Origin: Kiritimatiellia bacterium
GTDB taxonomy: Bacteria > Verrucomicrobiota > Kiritimatiellia > RFP12 > UBA1067
Direction of reading: 5' to 3'
Length of the DNA: 64,000 nt
Assembly: GCA_050949565.1 (NCBI GenBank)
Contig: JBMNFY010000010.1
Span: forward strand, 320,001-384,000
The notes under the pieces were generated by a model. It was not told where the DNA came from and did no database searches. It saw only the letters and a program-made list of their open reading frames with translations. Of the stretch, positions 35,748 to 46,196 are shown in pieces. How positions within the stretch are numbered: position 1 is the stretch's first letter; each line of letters starts with the position of its first letter. The translations under genes were made by a program, and so were the position numbers.

Positions 35748-38336
35748 ATGAAACGGTTTCGAAGAAAAATGGTTTGCGGAGTGGCAGGGGTTCTGTTGTT
35801 CGCGGGGTGTCGGTCTGACAAGGGTGGGGACTTTCAGGCGGATGCGCTTAAGGACAGTGTCACGTTTTATGTCTCAACCAAGGGCAATGATGCCTGGTCC
35901 GGCAGTTTGCCCAAGCCGAACTGGACGGGAACGGATGGGCCATTCGCCACAGTGACCCGCGCGCGTGATGCCGTCCGTGCGCTGAAAGCGTCATCAGGAC
36001 CGCTCTCGGTACCGGTGACGGTTCTGTTGCGCGGGGGCCGCTACTACGTCACCGAACCGCTCCGGTTCGGGGCTGAAGACTCGGGAACCGAATCGTGTCC
36101 GGTCACGTACGCCGCATACCGAAGGGAAATGCCCGAGCTGATCGGCGGTCGGCAATTGACTGGATTCCAACCGACGGAAAATGGACAAGTGTCGCTCACG
36201 CTGACTGAGGTCAAGGCCGGGACGTGGACGTTCCGGTCGCTGTTCGTCAACGACGAGCGGCAGGTCCGGGCACGCTTTCCGAATATCGACCCTGCCGACC
36301 CATATCGGCGGGGCTTCTTGTACAACGGCGTCCGCAGTGGGTTGGGGAATGTGGTCGGTTGCATCCATAACGCCGGCGATTGGATGGAGTACAAGATGAC
36401 GGTTCCTGCCGCTGGCGATTACACCTTCTGGATGTTTTACGCGGCGATGAACAACAACCCTTCAATGAAGGCAGGCATGTCGGAGCGCACCGAATTGATC
36501 GTGGACAACGGCACGCCGATCCCGCTGCGGAACCTGCCCGATACGGGTGGGTGGAGCACCTTCAAATGGAGCGCCGTCGCGACCGTCACACTGACGCCCG
36601 GTGAGCACGTCATGCGTTGGCGGAATGTGAAGGGCGGGGGGCTGAATCTGGTGGCCTATGCGTTCTGCAACGATCCGGCCTGGAAACCCGTAGACGAGAC
36701 TCCGTCAGCCGTCGACGCCGGACGCCATCTCATTTTGGTCAGGGCGGCCGATTTCGTCGCCTCGCAAGGGAAGCAGTTGGCGGTGAGTGGCTTCAGTGGT
36801 AAGAAATCGGCCACCCTGATCTCGTGTCCGCCCGATGTCTTCAAGCCCGCTTGGTTGGCGCCCGACGTTGAACTCCACATCTACCAGTCTGGCTCGTGCC
36901 GGGCGTTCATGGAGATTGTTTCGATCCAGAGCTATGATCCTGTAACCCATGACATCAAGCTGCAGGGCCCGGAGTGTCTGGCACCGCTGGCGGCGGGGGA
37001 CCGCTATTACGTAGAAAATGTCTTTGAGGAACTCGACAGCCCCGGCGAGTGGTATTTGAATCGGCAGACCGGCGTTCTAAGCTACATGCCCAAACCGGGC
37101 TTCACGGAAAAATCCGAAGTGATCGCGCCGACAGTGAAGCGGATTTTTGACATTCAGGGAGTAGACGGGAAGACGCCGGTGACGTACCTGCGCCTATCCG
37201 GACTGACTCTCCGCTGCACGGATTGGGAACTGGGTGATGGTAGTGCCGGGTACGGCATGGGCAGTGACGGGGTGGTCTGTCTCGGAAATGCCGAGGGTTG
37301 CGTAGTGGAAAACTGCGAGTTCCGCAATACCGGGAAATATGCGGTGTGTATCAAGGGCGGTCGCAGAAACCGTGTCGAGGGGTGCGAGATCGCGCACAGT
37401 GGTAGCGGCGGTGTGCTGATCCTCGACAGTTCCGGCAACACGGTGACCGACAACCATGTCCACCACTGCGGCGAGGGTTATAAGCACAACGGCGGCGTAG
37501 TCTTGCAAGGCCCCCAGTCATCCGGGAATACGGTCTCTCACAATGCGATCCATGACACGTCGCGCTACGGCATTTCGCTGAAGAACGCCGGGAGCACCAA
37601 CGTGGTGGAATACAACCGGGTTCAGAACACCAATCTGGAAACGTACGACACCGGCGGCATCGAAGTCACCCAGGGGAACCGCGACTTCCGCTCCGGCAGC
37701 GTCATCCGCGGTAATCTGGTCGCCGATACGATCGGGTATTCCTCAACCGGCGACAAGCCCTGCTTTATGTCGTGGGGTATCTATCTGGATTCGTTCGCCG
37801 GCGGATACGAGGTGACCGGAAATATCACCTACCGGAATTCGCACGGCGGAATCATGCTGCAGGGCGGTAAGGACAATCGCGTGACGAACAACATTTTCGT
37901 GGACAGCCGTCAGATGCAGGGGCTCCTCGCCAACTATATCGACAACTCACGCGGCCAAGTGTTGGAGCGCAACATCTTTTACTGGGCCATCCCTGACGCC
38001 GTCTTGTATGCCACCGGCAAGCTCGTGACCCCGGAGGTCGTCCGAGTCGACCGCAACCTGATTTATCAGGTCGGTGCCGCAGAGCCGCGTGTCGGGTGGG
38101 GTGGGGGGATGTCCTTCGCCGACTGGCAGGCGCGCGGGTTCGACAAGCACTCGGTGTATGCCGATCCGCTCTTTGCCGATCCGGCCAAAGACGATTACGC
38201 GCTGCGTCCCGACTCCCCGGCGTTCAAACTGGGGTTTGTGCCCATCGACGTCAGCAAAATCGGCCCGGTCAAGCGGCGCTGTTCCTGCTCGACCATTCCG
38301 GCGGGGCCGCTGTTCTGGCCGAGAGAGAGTGAATAA
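35748..38336 (+). CDS. Right-handed beta-helix lipoprotein (GH141-like) with inserted CBM6/35-like module
   Basis: Lipobox FAGC; FYVSTKGNDAWSG...DGPFAT, ELDSPGEWY, DTGGIE, GIYLD. Confidence 0.8.
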   Translation: MKRFRRKMVCGVAGVLLFAGCRSDKGGDFQADALKDSVTFYVSTKGNDAWSGSLPKPNWTGTDGPFATVTRARDAVRALKASSGPLSVPVTVLLRGGRYYVTEPLRFGAEDSGTESCPVTYAAYRREMPELIGGRQLTGFQPTENGQVSLTLTEVKAGTWTFRSLFVNDERQVRARFPNIDPADPYRRGFLYNGVRSGLGNVVGCIHNAGDWMEYKMTVPAAGDYTFWMFYAAMNNNPSMKAGMSERTELIVDNGTPIPLRNLPDTGGWSTFKWSAVATVTLTPGEHVMRWRNVKGGGLNLVAYAFCNDPAWKPVDETPSAVDAGRHLILVRAADFVASQGKQLAVSGFSGKKSATLISCPPDVFKPAWLAPDVELHIYQSGSCRAFMEIVSIQSYDPVTHDIKLQGPECLAPLAAGDRYYVENVFEELDSPGEWYLNRQTGVLSYMPKPGFTEKSEVIAPTVKRIFDIQGVDGKTPVTYLRLSGLTLRCTDWELGDGSAGYGMGSDGVVCLGNAEGCVVENCEFRNTGKYAVCIKGGRRNRVEGCEIAHSGSGGVLILDSSGNTVTDNHVHHCGEGYKHNGGVVLQGPQSSGNTVSHNAIHDTSRYGISLKNAGSTNVVEYNRVQNTNLETYDTGGIEVTQGNRDFRSGSVIRGNLVADTIGYSSTGDKPCFMSWGIYLDSFAGGYEVTGNITYRNSHGGIMLQGGKDNRVTNNIFVDSRQMQGLLANYIDNSRGQVLERNIFYWAIPDAVLYATGKLVTPEVVRVDRNLIYQVGAAEPRVGWGGGMSFADWQARGFDKHSVYADPLFADPAKDDYALRPDSPAFKLGFVPIDVSKIGPVKRRCSCSTIPAGPLFWPRESE

Positions 38337-38400
38337 TTAATAACGAATAGCGAATAACGGAGTGAAAAAACTCCTAACTCCTAACTCCTAACTCCTAAAT
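38331..38400. repeat. Heptamer tandem repeats (AATAACG-like and (CTCCTAA)x4)
   Basis: Directly visible between convergent genes. Confidence 0.85.
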
Positions 38401-38425
38401 GGTAACCCCGTGCATCGCGCGGCGG

Positions 38426-39205
38426 TTACCCCTTCACGATGCCGACCTTGTGCAGGTCGAAATCCTTGGGAGCGATCGGTGAGAGCGAGTCGGGCCGGTG
38501 GGTCTTTGGGAAGGGCATGTCCACTGTGGGCTTGAGCCAGCGGATGCCGTTCGCCAAAACCTTGAGCACCTCCGCTTGATGGAAGGTGGGAAAGGCTTCA
38601 TGGCCGGGACGGAAGTAGAACATGCGTCCGAAGCCGCGCTGCAACGTGAAGCCGCTGCGGAACACCTCGCCGCCCTCGAACCACGACATGAAGATCACAT
38701 GCGCGTCACCGGCGATCATAAAGGGCTCGCCGTACATCTCCTCGTAGGGGATGTCGAAGTGCTCGGGTATGCCGGCGGCGATCGGGTGCGCGGGATCGAC
38801 GCACCAGACGCGCTCCAGTTCCCCGACCTCCCGCCAGTGCAGTTTGCCGCTGGTGCCGTTCAACTCGCGGAAGATCTTGGACATATGTCCCGAGTGCATC
38901 ACCAGCAGCCCCATGCCGTCCCACACGCGCTGGCGCACCCGCGCCACGATGGCGTCATCTACCTTGTCGTGCGCCGCGTGTCCCCACCAGAGCAGCACGT
39001 CCGTGGCATCCAGCACATCCTGCGTGAGGCCGTGTTCCGGCTCCTGCAGCGTGGCGGTGCGGATCACGAGATCCGGCGCGGCCAGACTTTTGGCAAGGCT
39101 GCCGTGGATACCGCCGGGATAAAGCACAGCGACCGACGGCTCTTGCTGTTCGTGAACATTCTCGTTCCAGATTGTGACTCGGATGGGGGTAGTTGTTTTC
39201 TGCAT
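38426..39205 (-). CDS. thuA: ThuA (trehalose utilisation) family protein
   Basis: [43 protein letters not shown]. Confidence 0.9.
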   Translation of the reverse strand: MQKTTTPIRVTIWNENVHEQQEPSVAVLYPGGIHGSLAKSLAAPDLVIRTATLQEPEHGLTQDVLDATDVLLWWGHAAHDKVDDAIVARVRQRVWDGMGLLVMHSGHMSKIFRELNGTSGKLHWREVGELERVWCVDPAHPIAAGIPEHFDIPYEEMYGEPFMIAGDAHVIFMSWFEGGEVFRSGFTLQRGFGRMFYFRPGHEAFPTFHQAEVLKVLANGIRWLKPTVDMPFPKTHRPDSLSPIAPKDFDLHKVGIVKG

Positions 39206-39505
39206 GACAGGCTCCTTAGCTTGATGTGGTCATTGTGACACAAGCGCGACACATGGGCAAGTCGTGTTTTGACTTTCCCAAAACTGCCTTTCCGGTTGCC
39301 TTTTCCGGCTTGCCTCAAAACGTAAATCTGGTTACGCTCCTCTTTAGTCGCGCGTGTGCAAGATACGTTTGTCTCCCTCCCGTTTTTCCACATGAAGGAA
39401 GTGTACTTCAACGCGTGGCCGCTTTCAAAACTTTAGGTGTTGCGCTGGCCGGTCGTGCGCGCGGCGTAATCTGCGGATTCAAAAGGAGCAATCCTGGGAG
39501 GGGAC

Positions 39506-41746
39506 ATGCCTAACATGTCACGTGTTTTGTTTGTCGGTATTTTGGTCGTGGGCTTCGTCGTCCTGTTTGCAGCGTGCAAGGATCTCGAAAAACGGGAGCA
39601 GGTGACAACGCGAAGCGGTGTGCGCGAGGAGACCGCTGTCAAAGAGGCAGAGACGACTGCGGAGCAAGAAGGACCTGCCGATACCGGTGCCGACACACTG
39701 CCACCGGTCGAGACGTTAACGCTCTGGCCGTCCGATCTGTGCGACGTAAAGCCGACGGGCGGCGGCAGCGTCGAAGTCGATGCAGACCGGATCGTGCATG
39801 TTGTCACCGGCGCCAGCAAAAGCAATCCTTGGACGGGTGCATCGGTGTTCTTCAAAGCGGGTGAGATGGATCTTGCGGAGTACGGCCCGCTACGTGTCAC
39901 GGTCAGCAACGCTGCAGAGCGTGCGCTGACCATCCAACTGGGTGTTAGAAACCGCAATCAGAAGGGCAGTTCACCGCACAATTGCACAAGGCTGGCACCG
40001 GGAGCGGTCGGCGTGATCAAGATCAACCTGCGCAAAATCCCTTGGGTACTCGACCGCCCGCTTGAGTTGGTCGGCATGCAGGACTATCCCGCCGCGTTTG
40101 AGGGCGGTTCCTTCAATGTGCGCAAGACCGCCTCGCTACATATCTTCCTCTACGCGCCTGAAACGCCGACGCATTTCGCGATCCTCAGGGCCGAAGTGGA
40201 CAAAGTGCCGTTGACCTTTCTTAAGGCCGATACCTTCCTGCCGTTCGTCGACCGCTTCGGCCAGTTCATCCACGACGATTGGCCGGGAAAAATCCATGAC
40301 GAGGCTGAGCTTCAGCAGGCCAAGGAGCGGGAGGCGGCATGGCTCGCCGCCAATGCCGAAGGGCCGACCAAGAATCGCAACGCCTGGGGCGGATGGACCG
40401 CCGGCCCGCAACTCAAGGCGACCGGGCACTTCCGTACTGAGAAAATCGACGGCATGTGGTGGCTGGTGGACCCTGTCGGACGGCTCTTCTTTTCGCACGG
40501 TGTCGATTGCGTGACGGTGACGTATGGCGGCGATGCCATGACCCCAATCACGCACCGCGAAAACTACTTCGCGTGGTTGCCGGAAAAGGGGGCGCCTTTT
40601 GAAGCGTTTTACGCCAAAGACACCTCTTCAAGCGGCTTCTACAAGGACAAAGGCACTTTCCAGACTTTCAATTTTGCCGGAGCAAACCTGCTACGCAAAT
40701 ATGGCGAGACTTGGGCTGACCAGTATGCCGATCTAGCGCACCGCCGCCTTCGCGCTTGGGGGCTGAACACAATGGGCAGTTGGTCCGACACCAGGCTTTC
40801 CTGCCAACGTCGCACGCCCTACACTGTGAGTCTGGGCTCCGGCGGCCCGCGCATCCACGGAACCGGAATCCCGGATCCATTCGCGCCTGAATTTGGCGGC
40901 AAAATCCTGCGGCAACGTACCTCGCACAGCGATCCATGGTGCATCGGGTATTTTGTGGACAATGAGCCGCCTTGGGGCCAGAATGACCGCGCCATGGCGT
41001 TAGCCACCTTGCGCTCACCCGCCACGCAGCCGGTCAAGATCGCCTTCCGCGACTGGCTGGCGGGGCGATATGCGACAGTCACCGCGCTGAACGCTGCATG
41101 GGGCACCACCTTCGATACGTGGGACGCCTTTCTCGCCAGCACCAACTCACCCCCATCAGGGCAAAGTAGCGACGCGGACCTGGAAGCCTTCAACACCCAG
41201 ATCGCCGAGCAGTATTTCCGCGTCATCCGCGAGACACTCAAAGCGGTCGCGCCGGACAAGCTCTATCTCGGCTGCCGTTTGTTGCGTGATACCAGTGTTC
41301 GGGCGCCGGGTGTTTTCCGCGCTGCCGCAAAGTATTGCGATGTCGTGGGCATCAACTGCTATGGGCGGCAGGTGGGCGAAGACCTGCCCGAGGGGAGCGA
41401 GGACAAGCCGATGATCAACGGCGAGTTCCACTTTGGTGCGCTTGACCGCGGCGGATTCCATGCCGGTGTGTTCTCCGCCCGGAACCAAGCGGAACGCGCC
41501 GCCTGTTATGTCGCTTACGTTGAATCGTTCCTGCGCCATCCGCGGTATGTCGGCACCCACTGGTTCCAATGGCGCGATCAGGCGCTGACCGGGCGCATTG
41601 CCGGCGCCGAAAACTATCAGTGCGGCTTCTTGACGGTCACCGACCAGCCCTACCCCGAGTTAGTCGAAGCCGTCCGCAAGATCGGCGCGACGATGTATGC
41701 GACACGGACGCGCTTCAGCACAAACCGCAAGACAGCGGCGCCGTGA
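39506..41746 (+). CDS. GH50-like (beta-agarase family) lipoprotein
   Basis: FVDRFGQ, TGHFRTEK..G.WWLVDP.G, GYFVDNE, GEFHFGALDRG, GTHWFQWRDQ. Confidence 0.85.
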   Translation: MPNMSRVLFVGILVVGFVVLFAACKDLEKREQVTTRSGVREETAVKEAETTAEQEGPADTGADTLPPVETLTLWPSDLCDVKPTGGGSVEVDADRIVHVVTGASKSNPWTGASVFFKAGEMDLAEYGPLRVTVSNAAERALTIQLGVRNRNQKGSSPHNCTRLAPGAVGVIKINLRKIPWVLDRPLELVGMQDYPAAFEGGSFNVRKTASLHIFLYAPETPTHFAILRAEVDKVPLTFLKADTFLPFVDRFGQFIHDDWPGKIHDEAELQQAKEREAAWLAANAEGPTKNRNAWGGWTAGPQLKATGHFRTEKIDGMWWLVDPVGRLFFSHGVDCVTVTYGGDAMTPITHRENYFAWLPEKGAPFEAFYAKDTSSSGFYKDKGTFQTFNFAGANLLRKYGETWADQYADLAHRRLRAWGLNTMGSWSDTRLSCQRRTPYTVSLGSGGPRIHGTGIPDPFAPEFGGKILRQRTSHSDPWCIGYFVDNEPPWGQNDRAMALATLRSPATQPVKIAFRDWLAGRYATVTALNAAWGTTFDTWDAFLASTNSPPSGQSSDADLEAFNTQIAEQYFRVIRETLKAVAPDKLYLGCRLLRDTSVRAPGVFRAAAKYCDVVGINCYGRQVGEDLPEGSEDKPMINGEFHFGALDRGGFHAGVFSARNQAERAACYVAYVESFLRHPRYVGTHWFQWRDQALTGRIAGAENYQCGFLTVTDQPYPELVEAVRKIGATMYATRTRFSTNRKTAAP

Positions 41747-41822
41747 GTCATTAAAACGCCGAAAGCTGAACGCTCAACTTCTGGTAGAATCGTGGCCGAT
41801 CTGCTATGGTTGATCCCCATCT

Positions 41823-43325
41823 ATGAGACAGAGTAGGCCTATTCGCAAAACGTTTCCGATCAATGCGATGCTGGAGGGGCGTCCCGTTGTGGTCGTGGGA
41901 GGGGGACGTGTCGGACAGCGGAAAGTGGAGTTGCTGTTGGATGCCGACGCCGACGTGACGTTGGTGTGTCCGGAGTGTGTCGAAGAACTGGCAGCCCTGG
42001 CGCGCGCGGGACGCATCCGCCACACCTGCCGCCCGTTCCAAGATGCGGATGTTACGACGCAGGCACTGGTATTTGCCTGTACCGACGACAAGCATGTCAA
42101 CCGGCGTGTCTTGGAAGTCGCGCAGGCAGCACGCGTGCCGTGTTGTTGCGCGGACGGTAACTGGGCGGACGGTGACCTTGTGACACCGGCAGTTCTGCGC
42201 ACTGGCGATATTACAATCGCGGTCTCCACCAGCGGCAAATCATGCCGGCAGTCGCGCCTGATCAAGGATAACCTGCGTAAGCATCTCGACTCCATCGAAA
42301 GCTCGGATCTGCTGGTGCTCGGTACCAGCCACGAGTATCTCGCTGCGGAGGAGCGCGCACCTTATCACCTTGCAACCCGCGAGCGTGAACTGCTGGGCGG
42401 CATGATCCGTCAGGTCTGGGGGGTGCATGAGTTCCTGATCCTCAACACCTGCAACCGCATTGAGATCGTGGCTGCGGTTTCGCGGGAGGTTGCGACCAGT
42501 GGCATTCTGCACCGATTGTTGCGCTTGGATCAACTCCGCCCCGATCTCTATTACATGAAACATGGTTTCGATGCTTTTGCGCACCTCTGCTTGGTGACAG
42601 CCGGCATGGATTCGCAGACCCCCGGCGAAAGTCACGTGGTATCGCAACTGAAAGAAGCGGTCGATGAGGCCGTCACGTTCGGCTGGGCTGGTTCGATCAT
42701 CCGCGAATTGGCCGACGCCGCGCTGCACGTCTCCAAGGACATCCACCACGAGGTCGATCCGTTGATGGACATCGCGGAGATCGAAGAGGTGGCGCTACGC
42801 TATCTCGAGTATAAGCTGCCCGGTTTGTCGCGCCGCCGCGTGTTGGTGATCGGCAGCGGAATGGTCGGGCAGGGGGTCGTCGCGGGGCTACTCGCGCGCG
42901 GCTGCGACTGCGACTGGGCCTACTTCCGCAATGCACCCGCAGTGAGTGGGGAGGAGGCGCAACGCGTACGGGTGGTGCAACTCGACCAGTTGGGCGACGT
43001 GCTTCCAGAAGCAGAAGCGATCGTGAGCGCGGTGGATGTGCGCGAGCCGGTTCTTACCGTTGCCAAACATGCCGCACGCCTGAATCCCCAAGGCGTTGTG
43101 ATGGTCGATCTCGGCATGCCGCATAACATTGATCCGGCTTTTGACCGGTGTGGTGGCGCCATCCATGTGGCCGATCTTGATGTCTTGAAGCACTGGTACC
43201 GCTCCGCGAACGGTACGCTCGACAAAATCCTGGAGGCCTGCCGCGCGATCCTCGCCGATCACCGCAGCATTTACGAACGCATGCGCCTCAGCATCCAAGG
43301 AGAGGCCAATGGGAGAAATTGTTGA
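41823..43325 (+). CDS. hemA: Fusion: precorrin-2 dehydrogenase (SirC/CysG N-part) + glutamyl-tRNA reductase
   Basis: VVGGGRVGQRK...IAVSTSGKS, then NTCNRIE, GMDSQTPGE, IGSGMVG, DLGMPHNID. Confidence 0.88.
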   Translation: MRQSRPIRKTFPINAMLEGRPVVVVGGGRVGQRKVELLLDADADVTLVCPECVEELAALARAGRIRHTCRPFQDADVTTQALVFACTDDKHVNRRVLEVAQAARVPCCCADGNWADGDLVTPAVLRTGDITIAVSTSGKSCRQSRLIKDNLRKHLDSIESSDLLVLGTSHEYLAAEERAPYHLATRERELLGGMIRQVWGVHEFLILNTCNRIEIVAAVSREVATSGILHRLLRLDQLRPDLYYMKHGFDAFAHLCLVTAGMDSQTPGESHVVSQLKEAVDEAVTFGWAGSIIRELADAALHVSKDIHHEVDPLMDIAEIEEVALRYLEYKLPGLSRRRVLVIGSGMVGQGVVAGLLARGCDCDWAYFRNAPAVSGEEAQRVRVVQLDQLGDVLPEAEAIVSAVDVREPVLTVAKHAARLNPQGVVMVDLGMPHNIDPAFDRCGGAIHVADLDVLKHWYRSANGTLDKILEACRAILADHRSIYERMRLSIQGEANGRNC

Positions 43326-43830
43326 AAAGGGGAGCAGAGAGTCGGGAGCGCGGGCGTCCCCGCCCGCAACAACGTGTCTTGCGAAAGACTGATGCGCAGA
43401 TTCCCCCGTTGCGATTTATGTTTTGACCTGATTTCCCGCTGCGCGGGCGCATAAACGACATGACTGACCTGATTGACATGATTTGGAGGGCGAGTGTCCC
43501 CACGAGCCGCCGGAGCAAAACAATGGAGGGCGAGTGTCCCCACGAGCCGCTTTCCGCTGTGCGGAAAGATGGTTTCGGGTTCCATTGCGGAGCAACGGGA
43601 GGGACGAGCGTCTGCTCGTCCGCGGGCAAGCAGACGCTTGCCCCTCCCGGCGGCGGTCACGCCGCCACCCCAAAAACCTCTGCGTCTCTGCGTCTCTGCG
43701 TTAAAAAAACGTTCAACTCTCAACGCTCAACGCTCAACTTTCTGCGGGCGGGGACGCCCGCGCTCCCGACTGCGCATACACAAAACACGCTCTCGACTTG
43801 CATGCCCCTTGTCACCAACGATTACGAAAG
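43325..43830. repeat. Nested REP/short-tandem-repeat cluster between hemA and hemC
   Basis: REP doublet arms enclose two direct copies of TGGAGGGCGAGTGTCCCCACGAGCCGC, a further hairpin, (CTCTGCGT)x3 and TCAACGC heptamers. Confidence 0.85.
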
Positions 43831-43862
43831 GTCTGCATCAGACAGACACAATACGCCGCAAC

Positions 43863-46007
43863 ATGTGTAAAAATACAACCTTAAAAACAGGGACACGCGG
43901 TAGTGCGTTGGCGGTGTTGCAGACGCAGAGCGCGCTCGAACGCCTCGCCACGTTGTTTCCGGCGCTGACCTTTGAGACGGTCACGGTTGACACCCCCGGC
44001 GACCGTGATTTGGCGACCGACCTGCGCGTCAGCCCGCCGGATTTTTTCACGCGCGATTTGGATGACGCTTTGCGCGAGGGGCATATCGATCTGGCCGTAC
44101 ACAGCGCCAAGGACCTGCCCGATCCGTTTCCTGATGATCTTGATTGGTTTTGGTTGCCCTGGGGTGAGGACCCGCGCGATGCGTGGGTTCTGCCGCAAGG
44201 TAAAACGTGGACTGACCTGCCGGAGAAGCCGGTGGTGGGGGTCAGTAGCGAGCGTCGCGCGGCCTGTACGCTGCGCCGCTTTCCGCAAGCGGTGCTCAAG
44301 CCGATCCGCGGCGCGATCCCTTCGCGTCTGGAGCAGCTCGACGCCGGCAGCTATGACGCCCTGCTGATGGCTGGCGCGGCGCTGAACCGGCTCGGCCTGG
44401 AAGCACGCGTGAGCGAGTGGATACCGCTTTCAGAACTGCCGGTGCCCGCCGGCCAGGGACGGCTGGCGGTGACCTTCCGACTGGGCGATCCGGTGCTGTC
44501 TGCGCTGCGCGCCTATTTCGTCAAAGCCGTACGCTTTGTCGGCGCGGGTGTGGGGTCGGCCGATTATTGCACATGGGGCGGCATCAAGGCGTTGCGCCAT
44601 GCGGAAGTATGCCTGTATGACGTGCTGATGGACGATCATCTGCTGACCTTCCTACCGGAGAATGCGGAAAAGATTTTCGTGGGCAAGCGCTGCGGCGAAC
44701 ATACCGTGCGTCAGCCGGACATCACCGCGCTGATCGCGGATTTTGCCAGACAGGGCAAGCGGGTGGTGCGTCTGAAAGGCGGTGACCCGGGGCTGTTCGG
44801 ACGGCTGGCCGAGGAGACCGACGAGTTGGATCGGCTCGCGCTGCCCTACCGTGTGTTGGCGGGGGTCAGTGCCTTGACGGTGGCCACCACGCCGACCGGC
44901 ATGCTGTTGACGCGGCGCGGTGTCGCACGCGGTTTCACGGCCTTGACGCCGCGCGCCGAGGGCGGCGCGGTGGCGGGCGTTTCCCAAGACGTGCGGCAGA
45001 AATTGCCGCTGGTGCTCTTTATGTCGGTGCGTGTCGCGGACGCGATGGCCGGTGATCTGTTGGAGGAGGGCTGGGATGCCGATACACCGGTCGCGGTCAT
45101 CTTTAACGCGGGCGCGGATGACGAGACGGTCTGCCGCACCACCTTGTCAGCTCTGCGTGCGGGTACCGCAGAACTGCCGCAGACCGATGCCCCCGGACTG
45201 CTGGTGATCGGCCCGCCTGCCGCTACCGCCTTCCGTCGCGACACCGGCGCATTGCGCGGGTGCCGGGTCTTGGTGACGTGTAGCGAGGCGCTGCTTGAAA
45301 AGGCGGCCGTGCGGATCATCGATTTCGGCGGTGTGCCGCTCTTGAAGCCAATGATCCGCCTCACACCCTGCGCGGCGGCGACGACGGCCGTTGAACGGCT
45401 GGCGACCTACGACTGGCTGGTGCTGACCTCGCCCTCCGCCGTCCATTTCCTGGTGGCGATGGCGCGTGACGTCCGTCTCGACTGGCGATGCATGCCGAAG
45501 CTGATGGCATGCGGCCCCGGCAGTGCCGCAGCATTTGAAAGCCATGGTTTCACGCCGGAGTTGACTCCGCCGATGGATTACAGCGCCGAAGGGTTGACGG
45601 CGCTCCTGCGCGAGTATGATTTTACCGGACAGTCGGTGTTGCGCCTGCGTTCCGCGAAGGCGGGGCCGCTACTGGCGGAGGTCTTGCGCACTCAGGGTGC
45701 TCAGGTCGATGACGTGCAACTCTACACCAACGAACCGATCGTCTATCCACAGTTGCCAGCGTTCGACGCCGTCTTCTTCGCCAGCGCTTCAGCCGTGGAG
45801 GCGTTCATCGCGCAGGCGGGAGTTGCCGCCTTAACGGACAAGACGGTGGTGACGATCGGCAAGCCCACAGCCGCCGCGCTGACGGCGCATGGACGCGCAC
45901 CCGACGTGGTGGCCGCCGAGGCTACGGTCGACGGCGCGATCGAAGCGCTGGCGAGGGAAGAAGTAATAGGTGATAGGCAAGAGGTGAATTTAGGATTTAG
46001 GAGGTAG
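43863..46007 (+). CDS. hemC: Triple fusion: hydroxymethylbilane synthase + uroporphyrinogen-III C-methyltransferase + uroporphyrinogen-III synthase (HemC-CobA-HemD)
   Basis: GTRGSALA, DLAVHSAKDLP, SSERR; VGAGVG, VVRLKGGDP..FGR..EE; DWLVLTSPSAV, FASASAV, IGKPTA. Confidence 0.9.
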   Translation: MCKNTTLKTGTRGSALAVLQTQSALERLATLFPALTFETVTVDTPGDRDLATDLRVSPPDFFTRDLDDALREGHIDLAVHSAKDLPDPFPDDLDWFWLPWGEDPRDAWVLPQGKTWTDLPEKPVVGVSSERRAACTLRRFPQAVLKPIRGAIPSRLEQLDAGSYDALLMAGAALNRLGLEARVSEWIPLSELPVPAGQGRLAVTFRLGDPVLSALRAYFVKAVRFVGAGVGSADYCTWGGIKALRHAEVCLYDVLMDDHLLTFLPENAEKIFVGKRCGEHTVRQPDITALIADFARQGKRVVRLKGGDPGLFGRLAEETDELDRLALPYRVLAGVSALTVATTPTGMLLTRRGVARGFTALTPRAEGGAVAGVSQDVRQKLPLVLFMSVRVADAMAGDLLEEGWDADTPVAVIFNAGADDETVCRTTLSALRAGTAELPQTDAPGLLVIGPPAATAFRRDTGALRGCRVLVTCSEALLEKAAVRIIDFGGVPLLKPMIRLTPCAAATTAVERLATYDWLVLTSPSAVHFLVAMARDVRLDWRCMPKLMACGPGSAAAFESHGFTPELTPPMDYSAEGLTALLREYDFTGQSVLRLRSAKAGPLLAEVLRTQGAQVDDVQLYTNEPIVYPQLPAFDAVFFASASAVEAFIAQAGVAALTDKTVVTIGKPTAAALTAHGRAPDVVAAEATVDGAIEALAREEVIGDRQEVNLGFRR

Positions 46008-46178
46008 GATTTAGGAGGTATGTCTACCAACTCCTAATTCCTAATTCCTTGCCTATAACTTGAGCGTTAAAAGTTGAGCGTTGAGCGTTAAACGTTTTTT
46101 TAACTCTGAACGCTGAACGTCGAACTCTGAACGCTGAAGTCGAAAACTCCTAACTCCTAAATCCTAAATGCTAACTCC
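45960..46178. repeat. Inverted pairs of heptamer arrays (TTAGGAG/CTCCTAA; TTGAGCG/AACGCTG-like)
   Basis: Directly visible between the convergent hemC and GH27 genes. Confidence 0.88.
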
Positions 46179-46196
46179 GCGCGTAGCGCGGCCGCG

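Noticed and set aside
43481-43550. Two 27-bp direct repeats as a mini CRISPR array
   Set aside because: Only two copies, a ~14-nt spacer, no cas genes, and embedded in a REP cluster.
43494-43862. 123-aa N-terminal extension of the hemC fusion in the ORF track
   Set aside because: It is a translation of the repeat nest. HemC similarity starts at 43863.
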